Shown here piece by piece: positions 1 through 10,116 of a DNA stretch of 64,000 nt. Source of the stretch: an uncultured Actinomycetes bacterium. GTDB taxonomy: Bacteria; Actinomycetota; UBA4738; HRBIN12. The notes under the pieces are model-generated. The model was not told the origin of the DNA, did not search any database, and saw only the letters and a program-made list of their open reading frames with translations. The position numbers and the translations under genes were made by a program. Position 1 is the first letter of the stretch, and every line of letters starts with the position of its first letter. The stretch is from the NCBI GenBank assembly GCA_963765865.1, contig CAVXYE010000018.1:166184-230183 (forward strand), given 5' to 3'.

Positions 1-58
1 GATGTCTCGGCGTGATCTCTCGGACGTCGACCAGTGTACCCGTGGACGCGCGCGAACC

Positions 59-541
59 CTACCCGCCCGGTCGGGTTTCCGTGAACGGCGCGACCCGGGC
101 GCCGGCGAGCCGCATCAGTTCATCGGGATCGATCGGGAACACCGAATCGGGCGTTCCCGCTGCGGCCCAAACGATATCGAAAGCAACCAGGTCAGGGTCC
201 CCAAGGCAGCGGAGCCGCGCCGGGTGGCCGAACGGTGGCGTGCCGCCGATCGCGTACCCCGTCGCCGCGCGCACCTCGTCGGCCGTCGCCTTGCGGGCAT
301 CGATGGCGCCGCACAACGCCGCCAGCTTGGCCGTGTCGACCCGGTTCCTCCCGGACGTCAGCGCGAGCACCGGCTCGCTCCCCGCGACGAACACGAGCGA
401 CTTCACGATCTGGCCGACGTCGCATCCGATCGCGCGGGCGGCATCATCGGCCGTCCGCGTGCCCTCGGGGAAGCGTCGGACATCGGGGGCGAGCCCGGCT
501 GCGGCCGCCGCCTCCGAGAAACGACCGGCGGCGTCGCTCAC
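59..541 (-). CDS. YbaK/EbsC family aminoacyl-tRNA deacylase
   Basis: TRTADDAARAIGC..GQIVKSLVF, ATGYAIGGTPPFGH and WAAAGT motifs; 160 aa. Confidence 0.9.
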   Translation of the reverse strand: MSDAAGRFSEAAAAAGLAPDVRRFPEGTRTADDAARAIGCDVGQIVKSLVFVAGSEPVLALTSGRNRVDTAKLAALCGAIDARKATADEVRAATGYAIGGTPPFGHPARLRCLGDPDLVAFDIVWAAAGTPDSVFPIDPDELMRLAGARVAPFTETRPGG

Positions 542-1665
542 GGCGTGACGCCTCGTGCGACGTCCCGCGCGAGCTCCTCCGCGACCAGCTCGACCGACCG
601 GCGCGTATCGGCGAGGGCGCGATCGAGCCCCACCCGATCGACGAGCGATCGCACGGCGATCCCCTCGGGATGGAGCTGCGCCGCACCGCAGACGATCGCG
701 ACCGGGACGCGACGAAGCTCCGCCGCGCGCATCACACCGGCCGGCACCTTCCCACGCAGCGATTGCTCATCGAAGGTTCCCTCCCCCGTGATGACCAGAT
801 CCGCCTCCCGGAGCTCGTCGTCGAACCCGACCGCCTCCATCACCGCCTCGGCCCCGGATCGCAGGGAGGCACCGCAGAACGCGAGCAGTCCGAACCCCAG
901 ACCGCCGGCCGCCCCCGCACCCGGCTCGTGCTGCAGGTCGAGACCGAGGTCTCGATACGCGACGGCGGCGAGATGCCCGAGCGCGTGATCGAGGTCCCAG
1001 ACGTCCTCGGGCGATGCGCCCTTCTGTGGGCCGAACGTGGCGCTCGCGCCCGTCGGCCCACAGAGCGGGTTGTCGACGTCGGTCAGCCCGACGCAGTCCA
1101 CGGCCGCCAGGCGCGGATCGATGCCACGGGCATCGATCCGCGCCAACCCGAGCAACGCCGCTCCCCCTTCGCGGATCGCTTCGCCCGCTGCATCCAGGAA
1201 CCGGATCCCGAGGGCGCGCGCCATCCCCGCTCCGCCATCGTTGGTCGCGGATCCTCCGAGCCCGACCAGCAGCCGATCGATGCCCTCGTCGAGCAACGCT
1301 GCCATCAACTCGCCGGTGCCGCGGGTCGTCGTTCGACAGGGATCTCGGCGGGCCGGCGTCAACAGCTGGAGCCCGGACGCGCGCGCCATCTCGACGAGAC
1401 CGGTGCCACCTCGCACGCCCGCGTGCGCATCGACGGGGTCCCCATCCGGCCCGGTCACCCTCCGAGCGACGCGGCGGGATCCCGCGAGCGAAGGGCCGGC
1501 ATCGGGCATGAGGACGTCGAGCGTCCCTTCCCCGCCGTCCGCCAGCGGCATCAGCCGGACCTGATCATCGGGCCTGGCTCGGCCCCAGCCGCGCGCGATC
1601 GCTTCGGCCGCTCGTGGGGCGCTGAGGGTCCCTCGGAACTTGTCCGGGCAGACCAGGACGCGCAT
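538..1665 (-). CDS. Glycerate kinase (GlxK/GarK family)
   Basis: MRVLVCPDKFRGTL, PLADGGEGT, GLGGSATNDGGAG, TGEG..D.QS..GK; TACAGT -10 box 6 nt before ATG 1665. Confidence 0.92.
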   Translation of the reverse strand: MRVLVCPDKFRGTLSAPRAAEAIARGWGRARPDDQVRLMPLADGGEGTLDVLMPDAGPSLAGSRRVARRVTGPDGDPVDAHAGVRGGTGLVEMARASGLQLLTPARRDPCRTTTRGTGELMAALLDEGIDRLLVGLGGSATNDGGAGMARALGIRFLDAAGEAIREGGAALLGLARIDARGIDPRLAAVDCVGLTDVDNPLCGPTGASATFGPQKGASPEDVWDLDHALGHLAAVAYRDLGLDLQHEPGAGAAGGLGFGLLAFCGASLRSGAEAVMEAVGFDDELREADLVITGEGTFDEQSLRGKVPAGVMRAAELRRVPVAIVCGAAQLHPEGIAVRSLVDRVGLDRALADTRRSVELVAEELARDVARGVTP

Positions 1666-1739
1666 CGCGCGACTGTACACTTCGCGCGAGTTCGGCCCGT
1701 CTGGCGTTCGGGACGGCGGCTGCAGGAGGTTGCGCACTG

Positions 1740-2582
1740 GTGGCGATCGATCGAGAAGAGCTGCTGGGCATCGCGCATGCCGAGCGGCAACGACTGGGTC
1801 GGATGATCCAGTTCGCGGAGCCCGACTCCTGGGAACAGCCCAGCGCGGACCCCGGCTGGTGGAACCGTGACGTGATGGCTCACCTGATGGCCGGGGACAC
1901 CGCGGCCGCACAGCTGATGGCGCGCGAACCGGCCGAGGAGCTCGAGGAGTACCGCGCTCAGCTCGGCGAGGAGCCCTTCACCGTCGACGGGTGGAACGCC
2001 TGGACCGTCAACCGCCGCTCCGGGCTCGAGACCCGGATGATCCTCGATACGTGGGGCGCGGCCGCGGAATCGTTCCTCGTCTACGCCGGCAAGCTCGACG
2101 ATGACGACTGGCGGAACGCTCGGTTCCCGTGGATCGCCGGAGACATCGCGGCTCGGTACCTCGTGCAGTCGCGCGTGGTCGAGTGGTTCCTGCACGGCGA
2201 AGACATGCGCGCGACGAACGGGGTGGGAAGCGGCTGGCAGACCGGGTGGCAGCATTGGCCGGTCTACCTGACGATCGACCTGGCCGTCCGCATGCTGCCG
2301 TGGGCGCTGAGCCAAGCGGGACACGACCTCTCGGGGCAGAGCGTGCAGATCGACGTCGAAGGCGCCGGTGAGGGGTCCTGGCATCAGGCTCTCGGGATCG
2401 GCGAGGTTCCCGATCCCGAACGGAAGCCGGACGCGACGATCGTCGGCCGCGCGCCCCAATTCGCCCTCGTCACGGGCAAGCGTCTGGACCCGGACGAGGT
2501 TCTCGCTTCCGGCAGCGTCGTGTTGGGCGGGGACGCGGACACGGCCGATCTGATCATCCGGACGATCCGCGCCTACCCGTAG
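1740..2582 (+). CDS. Mycothiol-dependent maleylpyruvate isomerase-like (MDMPI/DinB superfamily) protein
   Basis: W..RDVMAHL and E.FLHGEDMR metal-binding motifs; SCP2-like C-terminus; AGGAGG before GTG. Confidence 0.8.
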   Translation: MAIDREELLGIAHAERQRLGRMIQFAEPDSWEQPSADPGWWNRDVMAHLMAGDTAAAQLMAREPAEELEEYRAQLGEEPFTVDGWNAWTVNRRSGLETRMILDTWGAAAESFLVYAGKLDDDDWRNARFPWIAGDIAARYLVQSRVVEWFLHGEDMRATNGVGSGWQTGWQHWPVYLTIDLAVRMLPWALSQAGHDLSGQSVQIDVEGAGEGSWHQALGIGEVPDPERKPDATIVGRAPQFALVTGKRLDPDEVLASGSVVLGGDADTADLIIRTIRAYP

Positions 2583-2583
2583 C

Positions 2584-3579
2584 TCAGGGACGATCGACCG
2601 TCAGCCGGCGCACGCGCCTCGGCACCGCGCCGAACCGATACTTGTAGGCGTAATCACCCTTCAGCAGATCGAAGACGGTGCATCCCTCCTCGATCGCGAG
2701 GCGGATGTCTTCGGCCACGAGCACCATCCCCGGCGCGAGCGAGCCCCAGGCGCGATCGAACGCCGAGTTGTACAGGTACGACGTCTCGTCGCAGACGAAT
2801 CCGATCGTGCCCGCAGCCAGCTGCCCGCCGACCTCGATGAAGGTGAGCCGGAAGACGTGCTCGGGCAGGAACGCCGCTGCCAGTCGGCGGAAGAAGATCT
2901 CCATCCCCGGCACCATGAACACGCCTTTGGGCCCCTCGCTCATCCGATGGAGCTCGACGAATCGATCGAGCAGCGGCTCGAGCGAATCTTGGTCCGCAAC
3001 GATGATCCGGAACGGACCGGCTTCGGCTTCGAGCTTCTTGGCTTTCCGCCGGATCTCGTGACGGAGCTTGGCGGGCAGCGATCCCAGGTACCCCTCCCAG
3101 GTGGACGGGAGCGCGATGAACGGAGCGATCCCGTTCTGGTCCTCGTCCTCTCGCACCACGAGCCCCTCTGCCTTGGCGGCCTCGCGGAGGAGACCGAGCC
3201 ACGCTCGGTCCTCCGCGAGGCCCCGCAGGTCGGCGGAGCGCCAATCGTCGCGGCGGACGAGTGCCGCCCACAGTTCCTTCGCGACCTGCTCCTGCGTCGA
3301 CGGCTCGCCGACCGGGCCCATGTAGTCGGTCACCTCGGTGCCACCGAGGAACCGAAGCGTGTCGTCCATCCGCTCGAAGGCGACGGCCGCCACCTGGCGG
3401 CCGTCCTCCTCCTCCGCGAACGCCAGCAACAGGTGGTCGGGCGTCTCACCGAACTCTTCCCAGTAGAGCTTCAGGAAGGCAGGTCGATGGAAGATCGTCC
3501 CGGCCGGATCGACGCGCGCCAGCTCGGTCCAATCACGTCGTTGGAAGTCACGGGCGTCCTCGCTGAAGACCACGCGCAT
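2584..3579 (-). CDS. GNAT acetyltransferase, CelD/BcsL-like
   Basis: LGG.EVTDY, LP.TWE.YL..L..K.R.EIRRK, APGMVL, FDLLKGDYAYKYRFG. Confidence 0.8.
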   Translation of the reverse strand: MRVVFSEDARDFQRRDWTELARVDPAGTIFHRPAFLKLYWEEFGETPDHLLLAFAEEEDGRQVAAVAFERMDDTLRFLGGTEVTDYMGPVGEPSTQEQVAKELWAALVRRDDWRSADLRGLAEDRAWLGLLREAAKAEGLVVREDEDQNGIAPFIALPSTWEGYLGSLPAKLRHEIRRKAKKLEAEAGPFRIIVADQDSLEPLLDRFVELHRMSEGPKGVFMVPGMEIFFRRLAAAFLPEHVFRLTFIEVGGQLAAGTIGFVCDETSYLYNSAFDRAWGSLAPGMVLVAEDIRLAIEEGCTVFDLLKGDYAYKYRFGAVPRRVRRLTVDRP

Positions 3580-3651
3580 CGGTTCATCGTACGGGCGGCC
3601 GCGGAGCCCCACCCGCGCGCCCGGCGGAGCCGCGTCGAACCGTGAACGCGC

Positions 3652-4110
3652 TCAGCCGGCGGTATGCGGCTGGGCGCCGGTCGCCTCACCGGCGTCCTGC
3701 AGCGCCTCCTGCAAGACGTCCCAGGCGAGCACGGCGCACTTGATCCGGATCGGATACTTGACGACGCCCTTGAGCGCGACGAGATCGCCGAAGCGGTCGT
3801 CGTCGGGCTCGACCTCGCCGGCCATCATCCCCCGGAACCGCCCGGCCAGCTCGAGCGTCTCGTCCACCGTCTTGCCCGCGGCGGCCTCGGTCATCATCGA
3901 AGCGGAGCTCTGCGAGATGGAACATCCCGCTCCCTGGAAGGTCAGCTCGGCCACCGTCCCGTCATCGACGTGAGCGAACACGGTGATCTCGTCCCCACAC
4001 AGCGGATTGTTCCGGGTGCACGAAACCTCGGCACCGGGCAGGTCCCGCTTGTTCCGCGGGTTCTTGTAGTGATCGAGGATCACTTCTTTGTAGATGTCGT
4101 CGAGCGCCAC
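3652..4110 (-). CDS. sufU: SUF system NifU-family Fe-S assembly protein
   Basis: YKEVILDHYKNPRN, NPLCGD, GCSISQSSAS, RIKCAVLAW. Confidence 0.95.
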   Translation of the reverse strand: MALDDIYKEVILDHYKNPRNKRDLPGAEVSCTRNNPLCGDEITVFAHVDDGTVAELTFQGAGCSISQSSASMMTEAAAGKTVDETLELAGRFRGMMAGEVEPDDDRFGDLVALKGVVKYPIRIKCAVLAWDVLQEALQDAGEATGAQPHTAG

Positions 4111-4138
4111 ATCGTCTCCCGTCGTACGTCGGAACCCT

Positions 4139-5368
4139 CTAGGACGCGAAGATATCGCCCGCGCGAGCGAGCGACGCGACCAAGAGGTCGACCTCCTCGG
4201 TCGTGTTGTACACGTAGAACGAAGCTCGCGCGGTGGCGGGCGTCCCGTAGCGACGCATCACGAGCTGCGCGCAGTGATGCCCGGCCCGGATCGCGATCCC
4301 GTCTTCGTTCAGGATGGTCGCCAGGTCGTGCGGGTGGATGTCGCGGTACCAGAAGCTGACCGTCCCTCCGCGGATGTCGGTGTCCTTCGGACCGTAGACC
4401 ACCGCGCCCGCCTCGAGCAGACGGTCGATCGCGTATCGCGTGATCTCGACCTCATGAGCGCGCACGGCGTCCATGCCGAGGGCATCGAGGTAGTCGCACG
4501 CCGCGGCCAAGCCGACCTGCTGCGCCACCTGCATCGTTCCCGCCTCGAACCGGTAGGGGACGTCGTTCCACGTGGCGTGGTCGTGGAAGACCTCCCTGAT
4601 CATGTCGCCGCCGCCGAACATCGGCTGCAGTCGATCCAGGAGCGCACGCTTGGCCAGCAGCCCGCCGCTCGCGGTCGGGCCGAGCATCTTGTGACCGCTG
4701 AACGCCAGGAAGTCCACGTCGAGACCGTCCATGTCCAGGGGCAGGTGCGGGGCTGCTTGCGCCGCATCGACCACGACGATGGCTCCGACCGCGTGCGCGG
4801 CATCGATCAGTTGTCGCAATGGCGTGATCGTGCCGAGCGCGTTCGACATGGCCGTCACGCCCAGGATCGCGGTCCGCTCGTTGAGCAGCTCACCGAGGTT
4901 GGAGAGATCCAGGAGGCCGTCATCCGTCAAACCGACGTAGCGGAGCGTCGCGCCGGTCGCCTCCGCGACCATCTGCCACGGCACGATGTTCGAGTGATGC
5001 TCCATCTCGGTGATGACGATCTCGTCGCCCTCACCCAGGAAGGCGCGGCCCCACCCGTACGCCACGAGGTTGATCGACTCGGTGGTCCCGCGCGTGAACA
5101 CCAGCCGCGATGCGTCCTCGACGCCGAAGAAGCGGGCGATCCGCGACCGAGCTCCCTCGTACGCCTCGGTGGATTCCTCCCCCAACGCGTAGATGCCGCG
5201 ATGGGCGTTGGCGTTGTGGAGTCGGTAGTAGTTCGACTCCGCCTCGATCACCTGGACGGGCTTCTGAGACGTTGCCCCGGAGTCGAGGTAGACGAGCGGT
5301 TTGCCGTCGAAGGTGCGCTCGAGGATCGGGAAGTCACGGCGGACCGCTTCGACGTCGAACCCGTTCAT
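4139..5368 (-). CDS. sufS: Cysteine desulfurase
   Basis: YLDSGATSQKP, EHHSN, FSGHKMLGPT (PLP Lys), RAGHHCAQ. Confidence 0.96.
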   Translation of the reverse strand: MNGFDVEAVRRDFPILERTFDGKPLVYLDSGATSQKPVQVIEAESNYYRLHNANAHRGIYALGEESTEAYEGARSRIARFFGVEDASRLVFTRGTTESINLVAYGWGRAFLGEGDEIVITEMEHHSNIVPWQMVAEATGATLRYVGLTDDGLLDLSNLGELLNERTAILGVTAMSNALGTITPLRQLIDAAHAVGAIVVVDAAQAAPHLPLDMDGLDVDFLAFSGHKMLGPTASGGLLAKRALLDRLQPMFGGGDMIREVFHDHATWNDVPYRFEAGTMQVAQQVGLAAACDYLDALGMDAVRAHEVEITRYAIDRLLEAGAVVYGPKDTDIRGGTVSFWYRDIHPHDLATILNEDGIAIRAGHHCAQLVMRRYGTPATARASFYVYNTTEEVDLLVASLARAGDIFAS

Positions 5369-5369
5369 C

Positions 5370-6185
5370 TCACGCCACCCCTTCGTCCGGTCCCTCGTCG
5401 ACGTCGTCGGGCGCCTCGATCCCGAGCTCCTGTCGGATGCCCTCGTACCCCTTGTCCTCGAGCTCGTGCGCCAGCTCAGGACCGCCGGATTTCACGATCT
5501 GCCCCTGGATCATGACGTGCACGAACCCTGGGGTGATGTAGTTCAGCATCCGCTGGTAATGCGTGATGATCAGCACGCCGAGCTCCGGACCCGCCAGCTC
5601 GTTGACGCTCTCGGCCACCAGCTTCAACGAATCGATGTCGAGGCCCGAGTCCGTCTCGTCCAAGATCGCGAGCGAGGGCTCGAGCACGGCGAGCTGCAGG
5701 ACCTCGTTCCGCTTCTTCTCTCCGCCCGAGAACCCCTGGTTCACGTACCGCTGGACCATCGCGTCCTCGATCCCGAGCCGATCCATCTGCGTCTTCATGT
5801 GCTTGCGGAACGCCAGCGCGGAGATCTGCTCTCCCTTGACCGCCTGGTACGCCGTCCGCAGGAAGTTCACCACCGACACGCCCGGGACCTCGGTCGGGTA
5901 CTGCATCGCGAGGAACAGTCCTCGCTTGGCCCGCTGGTCGGGCGTCAGGGTCGTGATGTCCTCGCCGTTGAAGACCACGCTTCCCTCGAGGATCCGGTAT
6001 CCGGGTCGCCCCATGATCACGTTGGAGAGCGTCGACTTGCCGGATCCGTTGGGGCCCATCAGCGCGTGGATCTGGCCTTGCTGCACGGTGAGATCGATCC
6101 CTCGCAGGATCTCGCGGTCGCCGACCGCGGCGCGCAGCCCCTTGACCTGCAGCGTCGCGGGAGCACTGGCATCGTTCTGGGTCAT
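5370..6185 (-). CDS. sufC: Fe-S assembly ABC ATPase
   Basis: GPNGSGKST, FSGGEKKRNE, LDETDSGLDID, ITHYQR. Confidence 0.96.
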   Translation of the reverse strand: MTQNDASAPATLQVKGLRAAVGDREILRGIDLTVQQGQIHALMGPNGSGKSTLSNVIMGRPGYRILEGSVVFNGEDITTLTPDQRAKRGLFLAMQYPTEVPGVSVVNFLRTAYQAVKGEQISALAFRKHMKTQMDRLGIEDAMVQRYVNQGFSGGEKKRNEVLQLAVLEPSLAILDETDSGLDIDSLKLVAESVNELAGPELGVLIITHYQRMLNYITPGFVHVMIQGQIVKSGGPELAHELEDKGYEGIRQELGIEAPDDVDEGPDEGVA

Positions 6186-6189
6186 CTGG

Positions 6190-6507
6190 TCACACCTCGA
6201 TCAGGACGTCGTCGTCGGTCACGGTCACGGGGAACACATCCACCGGCTTGATCGCTGGGAGCGTTCGAGCGTTGCCGGTGTCGAGGTCGAAGGTGGACCC
6301 GTGCTTCGGACACTCGATCGTCTCGAGATCCACGTCCACCTCCCCCTCGTCCAAGTAGTAGTGCTCGTGCGAGCAGATCGCATCGACGGCACGGAACCCC
6401 TCGTCGCCGAGGTTCACGACGGCGACCAAGCGGCCATCGACGGCGAAGCGGCGCGCCTCACCTTCGGGCACGTCATCGACCGAACACACGCGGACCGCCG
6501 AGGGCAT
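6190..6507 (-). CDS. Rieske-type ferredoxin in suf operon
   Basis: CSH...CPKHGSTFD Rieske ligands; ATG overlaps sufD stop. Confidence 0.92.
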   Translation of the reverse strand: MPSAVRVCSVDDVPEGEARRFAVDGRLVAVVNLGDEGFRAVDAICSHEHYYLDEGEVDVDLETIECPKHGSTFDLDTGNARTLPAIKPVDVFPVTVTDDDVLIEV

Positions 6508-7727
6508 CAGCGCACCCCCTCGGTGGACGGCTCGGCGAGCTCCTCCTGGATCGCGAGCTCGGCGTTGTGCCGGACCTCGTCCAGACGGACCCGGTCCAAG
6601 ACCTCTTGGAAGAAGCCGGTGACGATGAGCCGCTCGGCCTCCGCGCGCGGGATCCCACGGCTCTCGAGGTAGAACACCGTCTCGTCGTCGACCGGCCCGA
6701 CGCTCGCCGCGTGCCCGCACCGCACATCGTTCGCCTCGATCTCGAGGTTGGGGATGGCGTCGGCCTTCGCGTGCTCGGACAGGACGATGTTGCGCGACGT
6801 TTGCATCGCGTCGGTCTTCTGCGCCCCGGGTCGAACGTGGACCCAGCCGCTGTAGACGGCCCGCGAGGCGTCGCGGAGCGCCCCCTTGTACAGCAGGTCA
6901 CTGCTGCAGTTGGGAGCGACATGATCCTGGACGGAACGATGATCGAAGTGCTGGGTGCCGTCCGCGAAGAAGACCCCGAGCATCTCGGAGAACCCACCGG
7001 GGCCGGCGAGCACCGTCTCGGCTTCTGCCCGAGCGAGCGAGGCCCCGAACCCGATCGCGAGGGAGCGGAACTCGGCGTCGCGGCCGACCCGGGCACGTTG
7101 GATCCCCAGGTGGGTCACGCCCGAACCCCACTCCTGGATCGAGACGTACCGGACGTGCGCGCCGTCGCCGACCACGATCTCGACGACCGCGTCGGAGAGC
7201 GCCCGGCTGAGGTCCGGCGAGGTGAAACGGTCGATGAAGGTGACGTCGGCACCCTCGTCCGCGATCAAGAGCGTGTGCGGGAAGGTGGCCGCATCGTCGG
7301 CGTCCAGGTACGTCAGGGTCTGGAGGGGCAGCTCGACCCGAACGTCACGCGGGACGTAGAGGAACGTTCCCCCGGTCCGGAACGCTCCGTGGAGCGCCGT
7401 GAACTTGGTGCGGTCCGTCGGAACGAGCGAGTGGAGGGTGCGCTCGACGAGGTCGGCATGGGACTCGGCCGCCCCGTCCAGATCCGTGAACACGATGCCG
7501 AGCCCATCCAGATCCTGCCCGGAGGTCGTCCTCACGCCGCCCGGCACGTGCGGTTCGAACGACAGCTCGAAGTCCGAGAGGTCGGTGTAGCGCCACTCCT
7601 CGGTCTCCTGCGACGGGATCGGCAGGGCGCGGAACTCTTCGAACGCTTGCTTGCGCATGCGCTGCAGCGGCTCCGTCGTCTTGGGCAGCAGCTCGAACGC
7701 GGCTTCGTCGAACGTGGTGGACGTCAT
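6507..7727 (-). CDS. sufD: Fe-S assembly protein SufD
   Basis: EEWRYTD, LYKGAL, AQKTDA, PNLEIEANDVRCGHAASVG. Confidence 0.94.
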   Translation of the reverse strand: MTSTTFDEAAFELLPKTTEPLQRMRKQAFEEFRALPIPSQETEEWRYTDLSDFELSFEPHVPGGVRTTSGQDLDGLGIVFTDLDGAAESHADLVERTLHSLVPTDRTKFTALHGAFRTGGTFLYVPRDVRVELPLQTLTYLDADDAATFPHTLLIADEGADVTFIDRFTSPDLSRALSDAVVEIVVGDGAHVRYVSIQEWGSGVTHLGIQRARVGRDAEFRSLAIGFGASLARAEAETVLAGPGGFSEMLGVFFADGTQHFDHRSVQDHVAPNCSSDLLYKGALRDASRAVYSGWVHVRPGAQKTDAMQTSRNIVLSEHAKADAIPNLEIEANDVRCGHAASVGPVDDETVFYLESRGIPRAEAERLIVTGFFQEVLDRVRLDEVRHNAELAIQEELAEPSTEGVR

Positions 7728-7733
7728 CGGAAG

Positions 7734-7758
7734 GAATCCTACTCAATGGGTCGGATTC
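7734..7758. promoter_or_regulatory. IscR/Rrf2-like palindromic operator overlapping putative sufD -10 (TAGGAT)
   Basis: GAATCCTAC-TCAATGG-GTCGGATTC, 9-7-9 inverted repeat with 1 mismatch; repeated at 9268 and 11085. Confidence 0.65.
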
Positions 7759-7800
7759 ACGACCGAGCGCGCCGACGTCCGCCCGGGCCGGCCCTGCTCG

Positions 7801-9213
7801 CTACCCGACCGAGCCCTCCATCTGCAGCTCGATCAGGCGGTTCAGCTCGACCGCGTATTCCATCGGCAGCTCGCGGGTGATCGGCTCGATGAACCCGTTC
7901 ACGATCATCGCGGTCGCCTCGACCTCGGACAGCCCTCGGCTCATGAGGTAGAAGAGCTGGTCTTCGCCGACCTTCGAGACCGTTGCCTCGTGGCCCAGCG
8001 CCGCCGTCTCGTCCTCGACCTCGATGTAGGGGTAGGTGTCGGAGCGACTCTCCTCGTCCAGGATCAGCGCGTCGCATCGGACGTTGGACCGGGCGTGGTG
8101 GGCACCGGGCTCCACGCGAACGAGGCCCCGGTAACCGGTCCGGCCGCCGTCCTTCGAGACCGACTTCGACGTGATCACGCTGGTCGTGTACGGGGCTGCG
8201 TGGATCGCCTTCCCGCCCGCGTCCGTATGCATCCCCTTGCCGGCGAACGCGACGGAGAGCACTTCGCCGCGGGCACCCTTGCCCAGCAGGTAGATCGACG
8301 GGTACTTCATGGTGACCTTCGAGCCGATGTTCCCGTCGACCCACTCCATCACGGCGTCCTCGTAGGCGGCCGCGCGCTTCGTCACCAGGTTGTAGACGTT
8401 GGTGGACCAGTTCTGGATCGTGGTGTAGCGGACCCGCGCACCCTTCATCGCCTTGATCTCGACGACCGCGGAGTGCAGCGAGTCGCTCGTGTAGATCGGG
8501 GCCGAACAGCCCTCGACGTAGTGCACGTACGAACCCTCGTCCGCGATGATCAGCGTCCGCTCGAACTGCCCCATGTTCTCGGCGTTGATGCGGAAGTACG
8601 CCTGCAGCGGGATGTCGACGTGGACGCCCGGCGGAACGTAGATGAACGAACCGCCCGACCACACCGCCGTGTTGAGAGCGGCGAACTTGTTGTCGTTCGC
8701 CGGGATCAAGGTGCCGAAGTGCTCCTTGACCAGGTCGGGGTAGTCGCGAAGGGCGGAGTCCATGTCGGTGAAGAGCACACCGATGTCGTCGAGCTCCTTC
8801 TTGATCTTGTGGTAGACGACCTCGCTCTCGTACTGCGCGGACACGCCCCCGAGGTACTTCTTCTCCGCCTCGGGGATCCCCAGCTTGTCCCAGGTCCCGC
8901 GGATGTCCTCGGGCAGGTCCTCCCAGTTCTGGGCCTGCTTCTCCGTGGACCGGATGAAGTAGTAGATGTTTTCGAAGTCGATGCCGGAAAGGTCGGCCCC
9001 CCACCACGGCATGGGGCGCTGCTCGAAGTGCTTCAGGGCCTTCAGCCGGCGCTTACGCATCCAGTCCGGCTCGGACTTCCGAGCAGAGATCTCCTCGACG
9101 ACCGCTTCGGACAGCCCGCGCTTGGGCTCGAAGACGGAGTTCGACCCGTCCTTCCAGTCGAACCGATATCCCTTGCTCAGCTCTCGGAGGTGCTCCTCTT
9201 GGCTGACGGCCAC
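7801..9213 (-). CDS. sufB: Fe-S assembly protein SufB (no intein)
   Basis: [40 protein letters not shown]; GAAGGGGG SD before GTG 9213. Confidence 0.97.
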   Translation of the reverse strand: MAVSQEEHLRELSKGYRFDWKDGSNSVFEPKRGLSEAVVEEISARKSEPDWMRKRRLKALKHFEQRPMPWWGADLSGIDFENIYYFIRSTEKQAQNWEDLPEDIRGTWDKLGIPEAEKKYLGGVSAQYESEVVYHKIKKELDDIGVLFTDMDSALRDYPDLVKEHFGTLIPANDNKFAALNTAVWSGGSFIYVPPGVHVDIPLQAYFRINAENMGQFERTLIIADEGSYVHYVEGCSAPIYTSDSLHSAVVEIKAMKGARVRYTTIQNWSTNVYNLVTKRAAAYEDAVMEWVDGNIGSKVTMKYPSIYLLGKGARGEVLSVAFAGKGMHTDAGGKAIHAAPYTTSVITSKSVSKDGGRTGYRGLVRVEPGAHHARSNVRCDALILDEESRSDTYPYIEVEDETAALGHEATVSKVGEDQLFYLMSRGLSEVEATAMIVNGFIEPITRELPMEYAVELNRLIELQMEGSVG

Positions 9214-9267
9214 GCGGTGTTCCCCCTTCATATCGATCGGGGGCGGGTGCCCCGCCGATCACGCTCG

Positions 9268-9292
9268 AAAGTCTACTCCAGGGGTCGGATTC
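9268..9292. promoter_or_regulatory. IscR/Rrf2-like operator overlapping sufB -10 (TAGACT, minus strand)
   Basis: AAAGTCTAC-TCCAGGG-GTCGGATTC; 9273-9298 matches 7739-7764 at 24/26 nt. Confidence 0.65.
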
Positions 9293-9354
9293 ACGACCCC
9301 CGGTCCTTCAACGACGGATCGCATCCACGGATATCGATGGATAGGGTCCCGATC

Positions 9355-9969
9355 ATGGGCTCCCGGCAGTTCGTCCGAAGACGCCTCGACGCGGGCGCCG
9401 CCGTCGCCGGGCTCGTCGTGTTCGGGTTGTGCGCGCTCGTGGCGGACAGTCACCGCGTTCCTGGCCCGGAGCACGCGGTGTTCTCGTGGATCAACGGTCT
9501 CCCCAACGGCCTGACGTTCGCCGCGCACAACCTGCAGTTCCTCGGCGTCCTCGCGGTCGGACCGATCGTCGCGGTGATCGCGCTGGCCGCGCGGCGGCCG
9601 CGTCTCGCGGCCGCCGCGCTCATCGTGACAGCCCTGAAGCTCCTCACCGAGCGGCTCGTGTGGCGGGTCGTGCAACGCGAGCGGCCCGGCGTCACGGAGC
9701 CCGGAGCGGTGATCAGGGCCGGGACGCCCACCACGGGTCTCTCGTTCGTGTCCGGTCACGTCATGCTGGTGACCGGGCTCGCATGGTGCGCGACGCCGTA
9801 CCTCCGCGGCCCCTGGCGCTGGGCGCCGTGGATCGCGGTCGTTCTGGTCGCGTTCGCCCGGATCTACCTCGGGGCCCACAACCCGCTCGACGTTCTGGGT
9901 GGGTTCGGACTGGGCCTCGCGATCGGCGGCCTCACCAACCTGATCGTGGGCGTCCCCGAAGCACCCTGA
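9355..9969 (+). CDS. PAP2 family membrane phosphatase
   Basis: RERPG, SFVSGH, ARIYLGAHNPLD motifs plus TM helices; start 9337 or 9355. Confidence 0.85.
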   Translation: MGSRQFVRRRLDAGAAVAGLVVFGLCALVADSHRVPGPEHAVFSWINGLPNGLTFAAHNLQFLGVLAVGPIVAVIALAARRPRLAAAALIVTALKLLTERLVWRVVQRERPGVTEPGAVIRAGTPTTGLSFVSGHVMLVTGLAWCATPYLRGPWRWAPWIAVVLVAFARIYLGAHNPLDVLGGFGLGLAIGGLTNLIVGVPEAP

Positions 9970-9978
9970 GCGCGTGGG

Positions 9979-10116
9979 TCACCCGAGCGCGCTCGGGCCC
10001 ACCACCTCGTGGAGACGACCGGTCCGCACGTCGTAGACGTGCCCCGACACCGTCACGCCGCCCGGGAACCCTTTGGTCCCTCGGATCGCGTCGACGTCAT
10101 CCCGAGCGCACCCTTC
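9979..10116 (-). pseudogene. C-terminal remnant of a beta-class carbonic anhydrase
   Basis: Translates EGCARDDVDAIRGTKGFPGGVTVSGHVYDVRTGRLHEVVGPSALG*; G.VYDV.TGRL is the beta-CA C-terminal signature; no start or Zn ligands. Confidence 0.6.

Noticed and set aside
7801-9213. SufB intein as in some mycobacteria
   Set aside because: The protein is about 470 aa and continuous; no insertion
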